From Candidatus Auribacterota bacterium (GTDB lineage: Bacteria; Auribacterota; Tritonobacteria; UBA1439): a stretch of DNA of 64,000 nt. The stretch covers positions 4,597 to 68,596 of the forward strand of contig JAPLCX010000083.1 of the NCBI GenBank assembly GCA_026392035.1. The letters are read 5' to 3'. This document shows, in pieces, positions 28,543-38,350 of the stretch (its first letter is position 1; each line of letters opens with the position of its first letter). The notes beneath the pieces are model-generated. The model had not been told where the DNA came from. It saw nothing but the letters and a program-made list of their open reading frames with translations, and searched no databases. A program made the position numbers and the translations under genes.

Positions 28543-29568
28543 ATGGCAATCAACCTTCACCTGTGCATGAAAACGCATTGGAAATCCCATCGGGACAAGC
28601 TCCTTGGAACAAAAATCAGCAGGCTTGGACTTAGCCTCGGCGCCCCGCCGCTCTCACGCTGCGTTGCCGCCCTCTACCGCGAGCTCGCGGATGCGGGCAT
28701 TCGGTTTCGACCGCCCTGCTATCTCTCAGACGCGTGGGGGTGTCCGGACCTGACCCCCGTCATCAGCATTCCCTTCTACCTCGCACGCCCCGACCTGTCC
28801 CGCCTCCACAGGGAAATGGGCTATGACGTTGAGGATGCGCCGGCCATCATGAGGCTCCTGAGGCATGAGGCCGGCCACGCGCTCTGCTACGCGTACCAAC
28901 TCCACCGGCGGCCGGACTGGCAGGAGCTATTCGGCCCCTTCCACAAGGCGTACCACGATCACTACGTCCCAAACCCTTTCAGCGGGCGGCACGTGACACA
29001 CGCCAAACACTACTACGCACAGAAGCACCCCGACGAAGATTTCGCCGAAGCGTTTGCCGTGTGGGCCGCCCCCCGCAGCGGCTGGAGAAGAATGTATGCG
29101 GGCACATCGGCGATCCGCAAACTCTTTTACATCCATGATATTGTCCGGGAGATCGGCGCATCCCCCCCCACGATGCGCAGCCGGAAGAAGGATGTTCCCG
29201 TGAAGGAGATGCGCTTCACCCTTCTGGAATATTACGGCCTCACCCCTGAAGCGCACCGGCGAGAAATGGCCGCCTACAGAGATGAAATTTTAAGAAAGGT
29301 ATTCTCTGCCGAGGCTGCGCCACGGTCCATGAGCGCGCGCGAGTTCATGCGCCTGCACAGCCCCATGCTCGTTGAGAGGATCTCGTTCTGGTCCGGTCTC
29401 GACCGGTCGGACGTAAAAAGACTGCTCCATGGCTTCATGCGAAGAGCCGCGCGCCTCACGCTCCGGGTGCCGCAGGGGCGCTCCCATTCAACACTGATAG
29501 ATCTCGCGTCGCTCCTTACGTTCTTTGTCCATACGTACATTCACACGAAAAAAATTGCAATATATTAG
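28543..29568 (+). CDS. Putative zinc-binding metallopeptidase
   Basis: LLRHEAGHA zincin motif, YAQKHPDEDFAEAFAVW, SDAWGCPD, IPFYLA. Confidence 0.85.
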   Translation: MAINLHLCMKTHWKSHRDKLLGTKISRLGLSLGAPPLSRCVAALYRELADAGIRFRPPCYLSDAWGCPDLTPVISIPFYLARPDLSRLHREMGYDVEDAPAIMRLLRHEAGHALCYAYQLHRRPDWQELFGPFHKAYHDHYVPNPFSGRHVTHAKHYYAQKHPDEDFAEAFAVWAAPRSGWRRMYAGTSAIRKLFYIHDIVREIGASPPTMRSRKKDVPVKEMRFTLLEYYGLTPEAHRREMAAYRDEILRKVFSAEAAPRSMSAREFMRLHSPMLVERISFWSGLDRSDVKRLLHGFMRRAARLTLRVPQGRSHSTLIDLASLLTFFVHTYIHTKKIAIY

Positions 29569-29603
29569 TGTAGCGACTCGTACGTGTCTTCATATCTGAC
29601 TAT

Positions 29604-29699
29604 GTCACTCCTGCGAACGCAGGAGTCCAGCTTCTATTCCGGATCCCTGCCTATGCCGGAGCGGCTTCGCGCAGGCAGGCCCGCTTCCGCGGAAATGAC
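29604..29699. repeat. GTCA..CCTGCG/CGCAGG..ATGAC REP-like doublet with nested CCTGCCT...AGGCAGG insertion
   Basis: gtcactcctgcgaacgcaggagtccag ... ccggatc[cctgcctatgccggagcggcttcgcgcaggcagg]cccgcttccgcggaaatgac. Confidence 0.7.
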
Positions 29700-29771
29700 A
29701 GACGCTTAAATTAAGGTTGTCGTATATAATTTTACTTTCAACGTTACGCCTTACACGTTGGGCTGTAGTTT

Positions 29772-31178
29772 ATGTATGACCAACTGCCCATAGACAATAA
29801 ACTGCTGGGGGATTTTCTCGCGCTTCCCCCGCAGGAGCACCTCGATCTGCGGGAGAAAATACTCCGGCGCTCGCTCACGCGCGGGCTCACCTACCAGAGG
29901 AAGGCCGGCCTCACCCAGGCAATGAACCTCATCCCCCTTCCCGCCACGCTCCCCGTCACGCACGCGCGCTACCTCGCATGGCTCTGCCGTGAGATTATCG
30001 CTCTCGTGAAGGGGATCGTACCACGCTATCTCGACACTCCCACGTTACGGGAAGCCCTGCCACTGCTTCCGCGAGAGGGGAAATGGCTCAGGGAATGCTG
30101 GCATCCGACACACGGGACCCGCCAGCCGATCATCTACCGTCTCGATGCGGATATGCCACTCGCATCACCGCGCGCCGGGCAGTCGGCGCGTTTCTTCGAG
30201 AACAATTCCGTCGCGGTGGGGGGCATGCTCTACGCGCCGGTGGCTGAGTCGATCATCGCCGACGTGACGCTCCGCGCCCTCTACGGGGCGAGAGGCATCT
30301 CCAGTCTCCAGCCCAACGAGGACACGCGGCTCATCATTCTCAGAGAGCTCGCCTCTCACGCCCGAGCCCTCGGCCGCCGAGGGCTCACGGTCGCCATGAT
30401 CGAAAACAAGAGCTGGGATGTGGGGACCACTGAACTGCCGTCACTCGTCAAATTCTTCAGGCGCCACAGGGTCAGGGCATACCTCGCGGATCCCCGGGAG
30501 CTTTCGCTGCGGCGCGGCGAGGTCTGCTATCGGGGCCGCGTCATTGACATCGCCTACAGAAACGTTGAGCTCCGCGATCTGCTCGAACTGGAGGACCAAG
30601 GGGCGCGGCTCCCCGCGCTCAGGGAGCTCTTCAAACGAAATCAGATGGTCTCGAGCCTCAGCGGGGAGTTCGACCACAAGAGCCTCCTCGAGGTGTTCAC
30701 CGATGACCGGTTCCACAAACTCTTCACCAGCCGGCAGCGGGCCCTCCTCGCGCGACACATCCCCTGGACGCGGCTCATCTATGAGAGAACCACCACCGAT
30801 CGAAAGGGGCGGAAGATAGATCTCTCTCGCACCATCACCAAAAACAGGGAGCAGCTCGTGATAAAACCCAACAGGCACTGCGGTGGTGAGGGAGTTGCGA
30901 TAGGCCTGGAAATGGCACAGGGGCAATGGGAGCGCCTCGTTCAACAAACGCTCAAGGAATCACGAGAGTGGGTCGTACAGGAGTGGATCGACAATAAGGT
31001 CAAGCGCCTGCCGTGGTTCGCGGGGAGGAATGGCTTTCAGGCGGTCCCCATGTATACGACGTATGGTTTCATCTCAACGCCCCACGGGTTCGGGATGGTG
31101 GGGCGCGCGTGCCGGGAGAGGGTGGTCAATATCGCGAGCGGCGGCGCCCTCCTGTCAGTGTTTAAGTCGCAGGGCTAG
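29772..31178 (+). CDS. Circularly permuted ATP-grasp ligase (glutathionylspermidine-synthase-like fold)
   Basis: YRLD, FFENNS...GG, ADPREL, IDIAYR, DHKS, IPWTR, LVIKP...GGEGV.IG, VVQE, VNIASGG. Confidence 0.85.
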   Translation: MYDQLPIDNKLLGDFLALPPQEHLDLREKILRRSLTRGLTYQRKAGLTQAMNLIPLPATLPVTHARYLAWLCREIIALVKGIVPRYLDTPTLREALPLLPREGKWLRECWHPTHGTRQPIIYRLDADMPLASPRAGQSARFFENNSVAVGGMLYAPVAESIIADVTLRALYGARGISSLQPNEDTRLIILRELASHARALGRRGLTVAMIENKSWDVGTTELPSLVKFFRRHRVRAYLADPRELSLRRGEVCYRGRVIDIAYRNVELRDLLELEDQGARLPALRELFKRNQMVSSLSGEFDHKSLLEVFTDDRFHKLFTSRQRALLARHIPWTRLIYERTTTDRKGRKIDLSRTITKNREQLVIKPNRHCGGEGVAIGLEMAQGQWERLVQQTLKESREWVVQEWIDNKVKRLPWFAGRNGFQAVPMYTTYGFISTPHGFGMVGRACRERVVNIASGGALLSVFKSQG

Positions 31179-32088
31179 CCGCGGGGCTCAATGTGCCAAA
31201 AAGGGCGGAGACTTTGGCTTCAATCTCCGCGAGCTTGTTCGATGCCCCCGCCGGCTCCCCGCACATCAACGCGCGTGCTTCTTTGATCCCCGCCGCGATC
31301 TTTGTCAGGGCGTCTGCCTCAGCCTCATCGACCAGGTAGCTCCCCTTTCTGATTTTTCTCGCGCCGCGCCACAGTGCCCACCCTGCCCTGCAGCGCTTGC
31401 CGTCTCGCAGCATGAGGCGCGCGTGAGCGAGGATTATCTTCGCCTGTGCGAGCCTCGCCCCCAGATAGGCTCTGCGGAGTGAATATTTTGCTTCAACGAT
31501 GGCCTTCACGGCGTCCATTTCATATCCCTTTGAGTGCTTCTCTCGCGCGACCTTCAATTGGGCGCCGGCACTATCGAGGCATCGCTGCAGCGGGTCGATC
31601 CGCACGAGGTCGGCGAGCGACTGTACGCCGGCGAGCGCCGTCTGAGCATCTCCCTTCTCCACAAGGGCGGAGAGCTCGCCCATCTTCGCCTCCTCGCCAC
31701 CGACATCCCAGACGCTCGCGAGCTTGTGGAGTTCATCCGTCGCGCGTTTCACGCTCCAGGCTGCCTTCTTATTATTTTTTTTCTCAAGGTCCGCGCGAAC
31801 CTGTGAAAGCCTTTCATGAAACTCGGCATTGGGCAAGCCGCCGCGCGCATCGGCCAGCATGCTCTGGGCAGATGAGAGCAGCCAGCGGCCAATGGTCTGG
31901 TGGTTGGTGTCAATGGCCTGCTCGGCCTCGGTCAGGACAGAGATGGTGTCTCTGATCCTGCGCGAGGCGGTGTCACCGGCGTAGCTCATGAAATATTGAG
32001 CACTCGCCGTGCCCGGCAGGACGAGCACGCTCAACGCCGCCATGGATGCAGCGGCACATGACCATCGCCTTACCGCGACTATGAACAT
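31162..32088 (-). CDS. Hypothetical secreted alpha-helical protein
   Basis: AGGAGG RBS, signal peptide ending TASA, Ala/Leu-rich amphipathic helices. Confidence 0.7.
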   Translation of the reverse strand: MFIVAVRRWSCAAASMAALSVLVLPGTASAQYFMSYAGDTASRRIRDTISVLTEAEQAIDTNHQTIGRWLLSSAQSMLADARGGLPNAEFHERLSQVRADLEKKNNKKAAWSVKRATDELHKLASVWDVGGEEAKMGELSALVEKGDAQTALAGVQSLADLVRIDPLQRCLDSAGAQLKVAREKHSKGYEMDAVKAIVEAKYSLRRAYLGARLAQAKIILAHARLMLRDGKRCRAGWALWRGARKIRKGSYLVDEAEADALTKIAAGIKEARALMCGEPAGASNKLAEIEAKVSALFGTLSPAASPAT

Positions 32089-32181
32089 ACCCACCTCCTT
32101 GTCATGCAATCACGCCGCTCGCACAATTAAATTACCCGCATACATGCTTCATGCCCCCACACGATACGCACGCGCCCCATG

Positions 32182-32685
32182 CTACTGGTCTGCGAACCGA
32201 CCGCTGTAGTGCCCCTTGCCTATGGTCTTTTCAAAGATGAACTGGCAGATTTTCGTCCCCGGATGAACGGCGAGCGGGATCGGGCTCGCATTATACATCT
32301 CCAGCACCTGATGGTTGGATATTCCGGGATGCATGAATGACGCGGTGATGTGCACCAGGAGGCCCAACCTCGAGAACCTGCTCCGGCCCTCGAGCCTTCC
32401 GCAGATGTCATCCGGGAGCGTAATTTTTTCAACCGTTTTCGCGAGCGCGGATTCGCCCGGCATGAGCACGAAAAAGTCGTGGACGCGTATCGTCTCGCTG
32501 ATCATCCGGTAGTCGGTATCATCCTTGATATGGAAGACCTCCCGCACCTTCTTGAAGACGGTGAATTCATTCCCCAGGTGAAGGTCTATCGAGCCGGGGC
32601 CGAGCTGTTCCCGCGTGAACGGTTCGACCTTTATGATCCCTTCCCTCAGCAACTTCTCAAGCTCAGTCTGCGCGATAACGCTCAT
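32182..32685 (-). CDS. dcd: dCTP deaminase
   Basis: PGSIDLHLG, EGRSRFSRLGL.VH.TA, LEMYN, ICQFIF. Confidence 0.92.
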   Translation of the reverse strand: MSVIAQTELEKLLREGIIKVEPFTREQLGPGSIDLHLGNEFTVFKKVREVFHIKDDTDYRMISETIRVHDFFVLMPGESALAKTVEKITLPDDICGRLEGRSRFSRLGLLVHITASFMHPGISNHQVLEMYNASPIPLAVHPGTKICQFIFEKTIGKGHYSGRFADQ

Positions 32686-32717
32686 TGATCCTCCTCATCT
32701 ATTTTCGAAGTGAACGT

Positions 32718-32746
32718 ATCCTACCATATGGCGAGGGAACGGTCAA
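32718..32746 (-). promoter_or_regulatory. Sigma70-like promoter for dcd
   Basis: TTGACC-17 bp-TAGGAT with TG extension on the minus strand. Confidence 0.55.
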
Positions 32747-32811
32747 TCGCCACCAGAGTCGTTTGAGTTCTCTACGGGCATATTTCCTGCTGACCACCAG
32801 AAGCGTTTGCA

Positions 32812-34440
32812 TCACTTTGCGACTCTGTAGATACTCACTCCTCCCCCATCGTAAATCTTTTCGAGATAACCGGCTGTCTCCAGGCTGAAGGGGCCTTTCA
32901 TGCGTTCGAAATTTCCAAAGTAGATATAACTGATGCCGTTCGCCTTTAAAAATTCTCGCTTCTCTCTCTCGGCCCTGGGACCGTAGAGCACCCAGTCCGC
33001 CAGCCGTGCTTTATCAGTGAACCTCAATGTCTCAGACCAGTGCCCCACATACACCCTGTTTCCGGTGTAGGCAGGCAGATAGAGGCCGCTCTTGTATGAA
33101 GAAATGACTGCAGCATCCTCATTATTGTTCTCCTTCATCCATCTCATTGCCGCGACATCTCCCTCATACAGGTAGAACTCGAGCGGCTTGGTTTTCATAT
33201 CGGTGATGCAGCTCATGACCTTGACGATGTTGGAAGGGGTGGTCATCAGAAAGATGAGCACGAGGATAATCGCCTCCACGTGACGTCTCTTCCCCGTGTC
33301 GAGGGCTGTCACCGGGATAAATATGCCAGAGCACGCGGGCAGGAGGTACCTGAATGTCCCCCGCGCCGCAAGGATGCACAGCGGCACGTGGACGGCCGTT
33401 GAGAGCCTCCGCTGGAAGGAGAGTGGCGCGTAGAGGAGTATTGCCACAGCGATTACCCATACCGCAAGGAGCCAATCGTCGCGATTTCCCCTCCTAAAAA
33501 TCCACGCCAGCTCAGGCATGGCGATGAAGAGCACGATGCCGTAGCCGATGACGTAGCTCAACGGGTGCGGGGACAAAAACTTCTCTTTCGACCACTCGAT
33601 GAATACGGGCTCCGTCCTAAAGAGATAAAGCATGTAGAGGAAGGCGGGCAGCGCGACGAGAGCGATAACCGCAGAGGAAGCAAGGACGCGCGCGGCGTCA
33701 TGCCGGTACTTGAAATACACCGTGATGCAATACGTCACCATAACTACCGTGATGGTCACCATGTCGACCGTGTGCACGAAGCTGAGGGCAACGAGCGAGA
33801 GCCCCCCATAGATACTGTTGACCAGTAGCCTCCCCCTGAGCGCCCTGAGCAAGAAGCCGAACCCGAGCAGCATCAGGGCCGCGGTGAGCGCGAATTGGGG
33901 GAATGAGAAAATCGTTTCAAACGTGATCGTCTCCGCGATCCAGTAGTCTATCGGGACGATGTTGAGCCTCGAGAAAAGCATCTCCCACTGGTGATCGGGG
34001 ATCACCCAGCAGAGCCCCGACGAGAACGCGCACAGGGCGAAGGCAAAGGTGCGCTCCCGTTGATCTTCGATAAAAAAGCCGATAAACCAATAGATCACAT
34101 AAAAGAGCAGCAGGGTGTAAAAAACCAGCGCGCCGTAGTAGACCGCGAGGGGGCTCAAACGCGAATAACGCGCCACGATTCCAAGCGTCCACGTGAACGG
34201 ATTGAAAAAAAGCGGCCGCTGTTCCTCCAGCGTAAAATCGCGCCTGATGAAAAATTTTCCCTCGGACGCCTGCTGGATGCGGGAGAGGTAGCTGTTCTGA
34301 TCATAGGGATGGTCGGGGAATCCCATGTACACCATCCCCGGAAGAGTATTGAAGTATCCCCAGGTATACGGGATGAACACAATCGCCACGACCGCGATTG
34401 CAATCGCCCTGACCACACATGCGTGTTTATCTGCGCTCAT
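32812..34440 (-). CDS. Polytopic membrane protein, GT-C-like
   Basis: N-terminal TM, DQNSYLS acidic loop, about 11 TM helices, C-terminal soluble domain (VYVGHWSET). Confidence 0.7.
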   Translation of the reverse strand: MSADKHACVVRAIAIAVVAIVFIPYTWGYFNTLPGMVYMGFPDHPYDQNSYLSRIQQASEGKFFIRRDFTLEEQRPLFFNPFTWTLGIVARYSRLSPLAVYYGALVFYTLLLFYVIYWFIGFFIEDQRERTFAFALCAFSSGLCWVIPDHQWEMLFSRLNIVPIDYWIAETITFETIFSFPQFALTAALMLLGFGFLLRALRGRLLVNSIYGGLSLVALSFVHTVDMVTITVVMVTYCITVYFKYRHDAARVLASSAVIALVALPAFLYMLYLFRTEPVFIEWSKEKFLSPHPLSYVIGYGIVLFIAMPELAWIFRRGNRDDWLLAVWVIAVAILLYAPLSFQRRLSTAVHVPLCILAARGTFRYLLPACSGIFIPVTALDTGKRRHVEAIILVLIFLMTTPSNIVKVMSCITDMKTKPLEFYLYEGDVAAMRWMKENNNEDAAVISSYKSGLYLPAYTGNRVYVGHWSETLRFTDKARLADWVLYGPRAEREKREFLKANGISYIYFGNFERMKGPFSLETAGYLEKIYDGGGVSIYRVAK

Positions 34441-34535
34441 CTGCGGCTATTGTGGACCAATGAAGAAATTTTACTCAGTATCTTCTGCGACTATTTCCAA
34501 GACAATCCGTGTCTATCTGTGTTCATCTGTGGCTA
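34424..34535. repeat. Two runs of ~10-bp ATCTGYG units
   Basis: tgtttatctgcgctcatctgcggcta and atccgtgtctatctgtgttcatctgtggcta. Confidence 0.65.
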
Positions 34536-34542
34536 ATACTAA

Positions 34543-35643
34543 TCATCGAATGTAATCATTTTTTCTCAGATAGTCAATCATCGCATCAGCAACAACCCTG
34601 TGGCCATAGCTATTCCAGTGCCCTACTTTCCTATGCACCACCGGGCGAATCCTGCCATGGAGACAGGGTCCGAGATCCACATACCCTATCCTTGCTCCCT
34701 GGCAGAAGCGCTTGAGAAGCGGTGAATAGACTGAGTGTATGTCAGCGATTATGAAGCGGGCGCTATTTTCACGGCAGAGATCGTCAATCCGTTTGAGGAG
34801 CTTTTCTGTCAATGCTAACTCACGCGCCAGTTTCTCCGGGTCGCCTTCTCCCGCAACAGGTTCCGATCCAGCCCATACAGGGTGCGCGAGTCGGAATGTG
34901 AGCCAGTTATACAGGTGGGAGTGGGTAAGAAGTTCTCTCTTCAGATAATCCACCGACCAGTGCGATTCGGACTCTCTACCGGGGATGCCATAGCTCTGGG
35001 CGAGCAGTCTCTTTTTTGCCCAGTATGCCGGCTCGAAGGGAACAGGCGTATTCTTCAACACCAGCCGGTCCCCCTCCCCGACAAAGAACGGCTTCGGCTG
35101 CATCCCGTCTATCACCTTTGCGTTATTCCCCTCAACCACGTCGTTCCGGTCGAAGAGGAGGATCACGATGTCCGGGCGATACTTAAGGCCTTCGGTTTCC
35201 AGGACGAGAAGCTCCTGATCCGTGGAGTAACCGGCTTGGGCGAGGTTGATCACCTCCCATCCGGGGAGCCGCCGCTCCAGGATATCTGAAAATCTCTCCA
35301 ACGCCTCAACCCCCCAGCCCCACGCCGTCGAATCGCCGAGGACGACAATCCTCTTTTTGCCCCACTTTTCGTACGATCGCTCCCGCTCCCTGAATCCTCG
35401 CGAGTTATTCACGATTCTGTGCTTAAAATCGGGGAGGATGAACCACGTCTCAAGGTTCGGCACACCGGCATAGCCGAGGAGTGGATCGTATTGGTCGGGG
35501 AACGAATGAATTGTATCAGAGGTATAATCCGGGAATGGCGCGAAGAGGCGCAGGACTATCTCTGCTGCCGCCAGCGCAATCACAACGGCACCGAGCAGGG
35601 CGCACAGCCTCTTCGCCAGAGCAATCTTACCGCCAGTATCCAT
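34543..35643 (-). CDS. Membrane-anchored SGNH/GDSL hydrolase
   Basis: AEIVLR, NSRGFR, VLGDSTAWGWGV, INLAQAGYSTDQE, RND, GHWN..GH. Confidence 0.87.
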   Translation of the reverse strand: MDTGGKIALAKRLCALLGAVVIALAAAEIVLRLFAPFPDYTSDTIHSFPDQYDPLLGYAGVPNLETWFILPDFKHRIVNNSRGFRERERSYEKWGKKRIVVLGDSTAWGWGVEALERFSDILERRLPGWEVINLAQAGYSTDQELLVLETEGLKYRPDIVILLFDRNDVVEGNNAKVIDGMQPKPFFVGEGDRLVLKNTPVPFEPAYWAKKRLLAQSYGIPGRESESHWSVDYLKRELLTHSHLYNWLTFRLAHPVWAGSEPVAGEGDPEKLARELALTEKLLKRIDDLCRENSARFIIADIHSVYSPLLKRFCQGARIGYVDLGPCLHGRIRPVVHRKVGHWNSYGHRVVADAMIDYLRKNDYIR

Positions 35644-35692
35644 AATCCCGCCCGTGTCCACCTCGCAGGTGGATTTGAACACGTTTGTTCAC

Positions 35693-37288
35693 CTACGATG
35701 TGGATTTCGGTCTGAGCTCGTAAAGTCTAAGACTCCCGTTATAATACGAAGTCACCGGCACAAAGTTAAAATCCTTTTCCAATGCCGCGCGGTACCGCGC
35801 CCACCAGTTGAACGTGAAACCGTCCATGTAGACCCTCTTCCCGCTGGCCAGGAGGCTCCTGATATACCCCGGGTTCTCCATGGCGACCTTGAGCGGAAGA
35901 TCCCTCTGCCTGATATACTCCACCTCCCTCGATATAGGCATATACGTACGGTGGGTGCCCCCTATGAAATAATGAGTCACATACACCCCATCAATACCTG
36001 ATATTAGAAAGGCATCATCCGGGGCGATTTGATTCAGCACCTTGAATCCCTCATACCACCACGTCGGGGCATGATGTGTGAGATCTCCGCCCATGAACGG
36101 CTTCGCGCAGCCCCACGCAGTGACCGCGAGGAGGATCGCCACGGGTACGCGCAGGAGAAGCCGGCGACTGACGCTCCCACCTCTGAATACGCCAAGGAGC
36201 ATCACCGTGCCGTTTGCCGCGAGCATGCACACAAACGGCACGACCGGCAGGAAAAACTTGGCCATCTGGAAGGCATAGAAGAGGAGCATGAAAAGGGTGC
36301 CGAAAATGAGTGAAAGTATCATCACTGCAAAACTGAATCTCACCCCTCCCCTATTTTGTCTCACACAGCCAGCGACTCCGAATATCGCGAGCAGAAGCAC
36401 GGCCGGGAAATATGGGGCGAACAGCGTCGGCCAGCTCAGGCCGAAGAAATGCCAGAGATAATAGACGATGTTTCCCCGTTGGTCTCCCCGTTCTGAAACG
36501 GCAGTGTTTCTGATTGCATAGTGCAGGGAGAAATAATCTTTACCTCCCTCCCATCGCTCCCAGTAGTAATAGCCAGTCTTGAATATATCGCCAAACGCCA
36601 TACCGTTATACATAAGGACAGGTGAAATGCCAACAACAAATCCAGCGACAAGATACGCGAGAGAAATGGCTTGGCAACGGATATTCCTGCGGGAACCGAT
36701 AAGGCACGTGGCGCATAGAGGCAGGAGAGTGATGATCCTCATTATATGTACCGCTGTTGAAAAACCACATAGCGCACCCGCAGCGAACCAGAGCCGCGAC
36801 GTTTTCCTCTCACCGACTGCGGCCATCCACGCGAGCCAGAGGCCTGCGATCATAAAGGTGTTGGAGACCATATCACTGATGAGTACCTGGCTGTAACCCA
36901 CATACGAAGGAGCTACCGAGAGAAAGAGGGCTGCAAGAAGAGCCGTCGGGCAGCCGAATACGGATCGCGCAAACAGGTACGCGAGCACTATGGAAGCGAG
37001 GCTAAATGCGAGAACCAGGTAAATCGCCGTGTGGAGTGCTGCCCCTGTCAGCAAGTAATAGAGCGCCAGTATGAGCGGAAAACCGCAGGGGTACATCAGC
37101 GGGAGCCTCAGATCATTTATATATATCCATAACCCCCTACCGTGTGCGAGATTATATCCCGCCACCGCGTACTGGGCGGAATCAGGAACGATCGCGAGAT
37201 CGGCGAGGTAGTACGGCTCAGTATAGCGGAGCGCAAACGCCAGGACCAACACCGCAGCGAGTGACAGCACTTCAAGTGGTTTTTTCAT
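35693..37288 (-). CDS. ArnT/PMT-like (GT-C) glycosyltransferase
   Basis: PDSAQY after the first TM, YP.GFP, SD, multiple TM helices. Confidence 0.78.
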   Translation of the reverse strand: MKKPLEVLSLAAVLVLAFALRYTEPYYLADLAIVPDSAQYAVAGYNLAHGRGLWIYINDLRLPLMYPCGFPLILALYYLLTGAALHTAIYLVLAFSLASIVLAYLFARSVFGCPTALLAALFLSVAPSYVGYSQVLISDMVSNTFMIAGLWLAWMAAVGERKTSRLWFAAGALCGFSTAVHIMRIITLLPLCATCLIGSRRNIRCQAISLAYLVAGFVVGISPVLMYNGMAFGDIFKTGYYYWERWEGGKDYFSLHYAIRNTAVSERGDQRGNIVYYLWHFFGLSWPTLFAPYFPAVLLLAIFGVAGCVRQNRGGVRFSFAVMILSLIFGTLFMLLFYAFQMAKFFLPVVPFVCMLAANGTVMLLGVFRGGSVSRRLLLRVPVAILLAVTAWGCAKPFMGGDLTHHAPTWWYEGFKVLNQIAPDDAFLISGIDGVYVTHYFIGGTHRTYMPISREVEYIRQRDLPLKVAMENPGYIRSLLASGKRVYMDGFTFNWWARYRAALEKDFNFVPVTSYYNGSLRLYELRPKSTS

Positions 37289-37310
37289 TTCTGGGGTCAA
37301 ACCCGAAGTT

Positions 37311-38315
37311 CTAAGTTATTGACTCCATTATTTTTCCTACGCGCTCTTCTAGCTGCTTGTTCTGCTTCAGCTCTATCTGAACCTTCTTATGAACCTGGTT
37401 GATTCGCTCACCGCTAACCCCACCCAATTCTTGGCCCATTTCTTTAAGACTCATAATCTTGAAATTAGTTCGATACGTTATATCGAGTAACACTTGCCGG
37501 GCTTCCTTATGTCTCGATCTACTCTTGCTAATTTCTTCCGCTTTGACTCCATATTCTTTTGCTACCGCTTCAGCCAATTCCTTAATTGGAATCGCCTTCT
37601 TAATCTCTTTTAAATGCGAGTAATCATAAACCAGCAATTCTCTTTGTTTCAAGATATTCGTAGAAACCCAGGTCACAAAATTATCAGTTCCCAACAAAGC
37701 ATTTGCTCTTGCTTTTTCCAATGGATTGTTTAGATCCAATGCTATCCCCTTCAAAACAAAATCCCTATACGCCGCCCTGCACAGCTTATCATCCCCTCCC
37801 ATATAGGCCAATACCATGTCATAACGCATAAAATCATCCCGTTCTCTTGACCTAATATAACCAAGAAAACTGCTCCAATAATACCCCCCCAATATACCAA
37901 TCTTTTTTTCAAGCGGAAGATTGCGATACTTCTCTAACCGCACAGGATTTAAATGAATGTAGCGGCTCAGTTCCAACAAGTATTCATCTGCTTCGATTAG
38001 AATAGCCTTATATCGACCTTGATAGAGATGCCCCGCGCGGTGATGGCGCAGATTGTAATACGTGATATAGGTAGTGTTAAAGCGCTGCATAAATCTACTT
38101 AGATTTGCATCTAATGTCCTCAACAAAAAATGGAAATGGTTACCCATTAATACATAACCGTGCACTTCTATATTGAATAATGCTGCGCTTTCCCTTAGAA
38201 TCTGAAGAAATTTGTTCCGATCTTTATCATCCCTAAAGATATTTGCCCTCTGGTTTCCTCGAGAGGTTACATGATACCATGCATTGTGATATTCTATTCT
38301 CAATGGTCTGGCCAT
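37311..38315 (-). CDS. REP-associated tyrosine (Y1 HUH) transposase with C-terminal DnaA-like HTH
   Basis: MARPLRIE...YHVTSRGN, YVLMGNHFH (HUH), GHLYQGRYKA, RYIHLNPVR, WSS; C-terminal ARQV...SLKEMGQELGG. Confidence 0.9.
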   Translation of the reverse strand: MARPLRIEYHNAWYHVTSRGNQRANIFRDDKDRNKFLQILRESAALFNIEVHGYVLMGNHFHFLLRTLDANLSRFMQRFNTTYITYYNLRHHRAGHLYQGRYKAILIEADEYLLELSRYIHLNPVRLEKYRNLPLEKKIGILGGYYWSSFLGYIRSRERDDFMRYDMVLAYMGGDDKLCRAAYRDFVLKGIALDLNNPLEKARANALLGTDNFVTWVSTNILKQRELLVYDYSHLKEIKKAIPIKELAEAVAKEYGVKAEEISKSRSRHKEARQVLLDITYRTNFKIMSLKEMGQELGGVSGERINQVHKKVQIELKQNKQLEERVGKIMESIT

Positions 38316-38321
38316 GTTTAA

Positions 38322-38350
38322 AGAATATCATCAATGAGCACTATTGTCAA
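38322..38350 (-). promoter_or_regulatory. Sigma70 promoter of the transposase, probably leaderless
   Basis: TTGACA-17 bp-TATTCT (TGn extension), 6 nt before the ATG. Confidence 0.65.
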
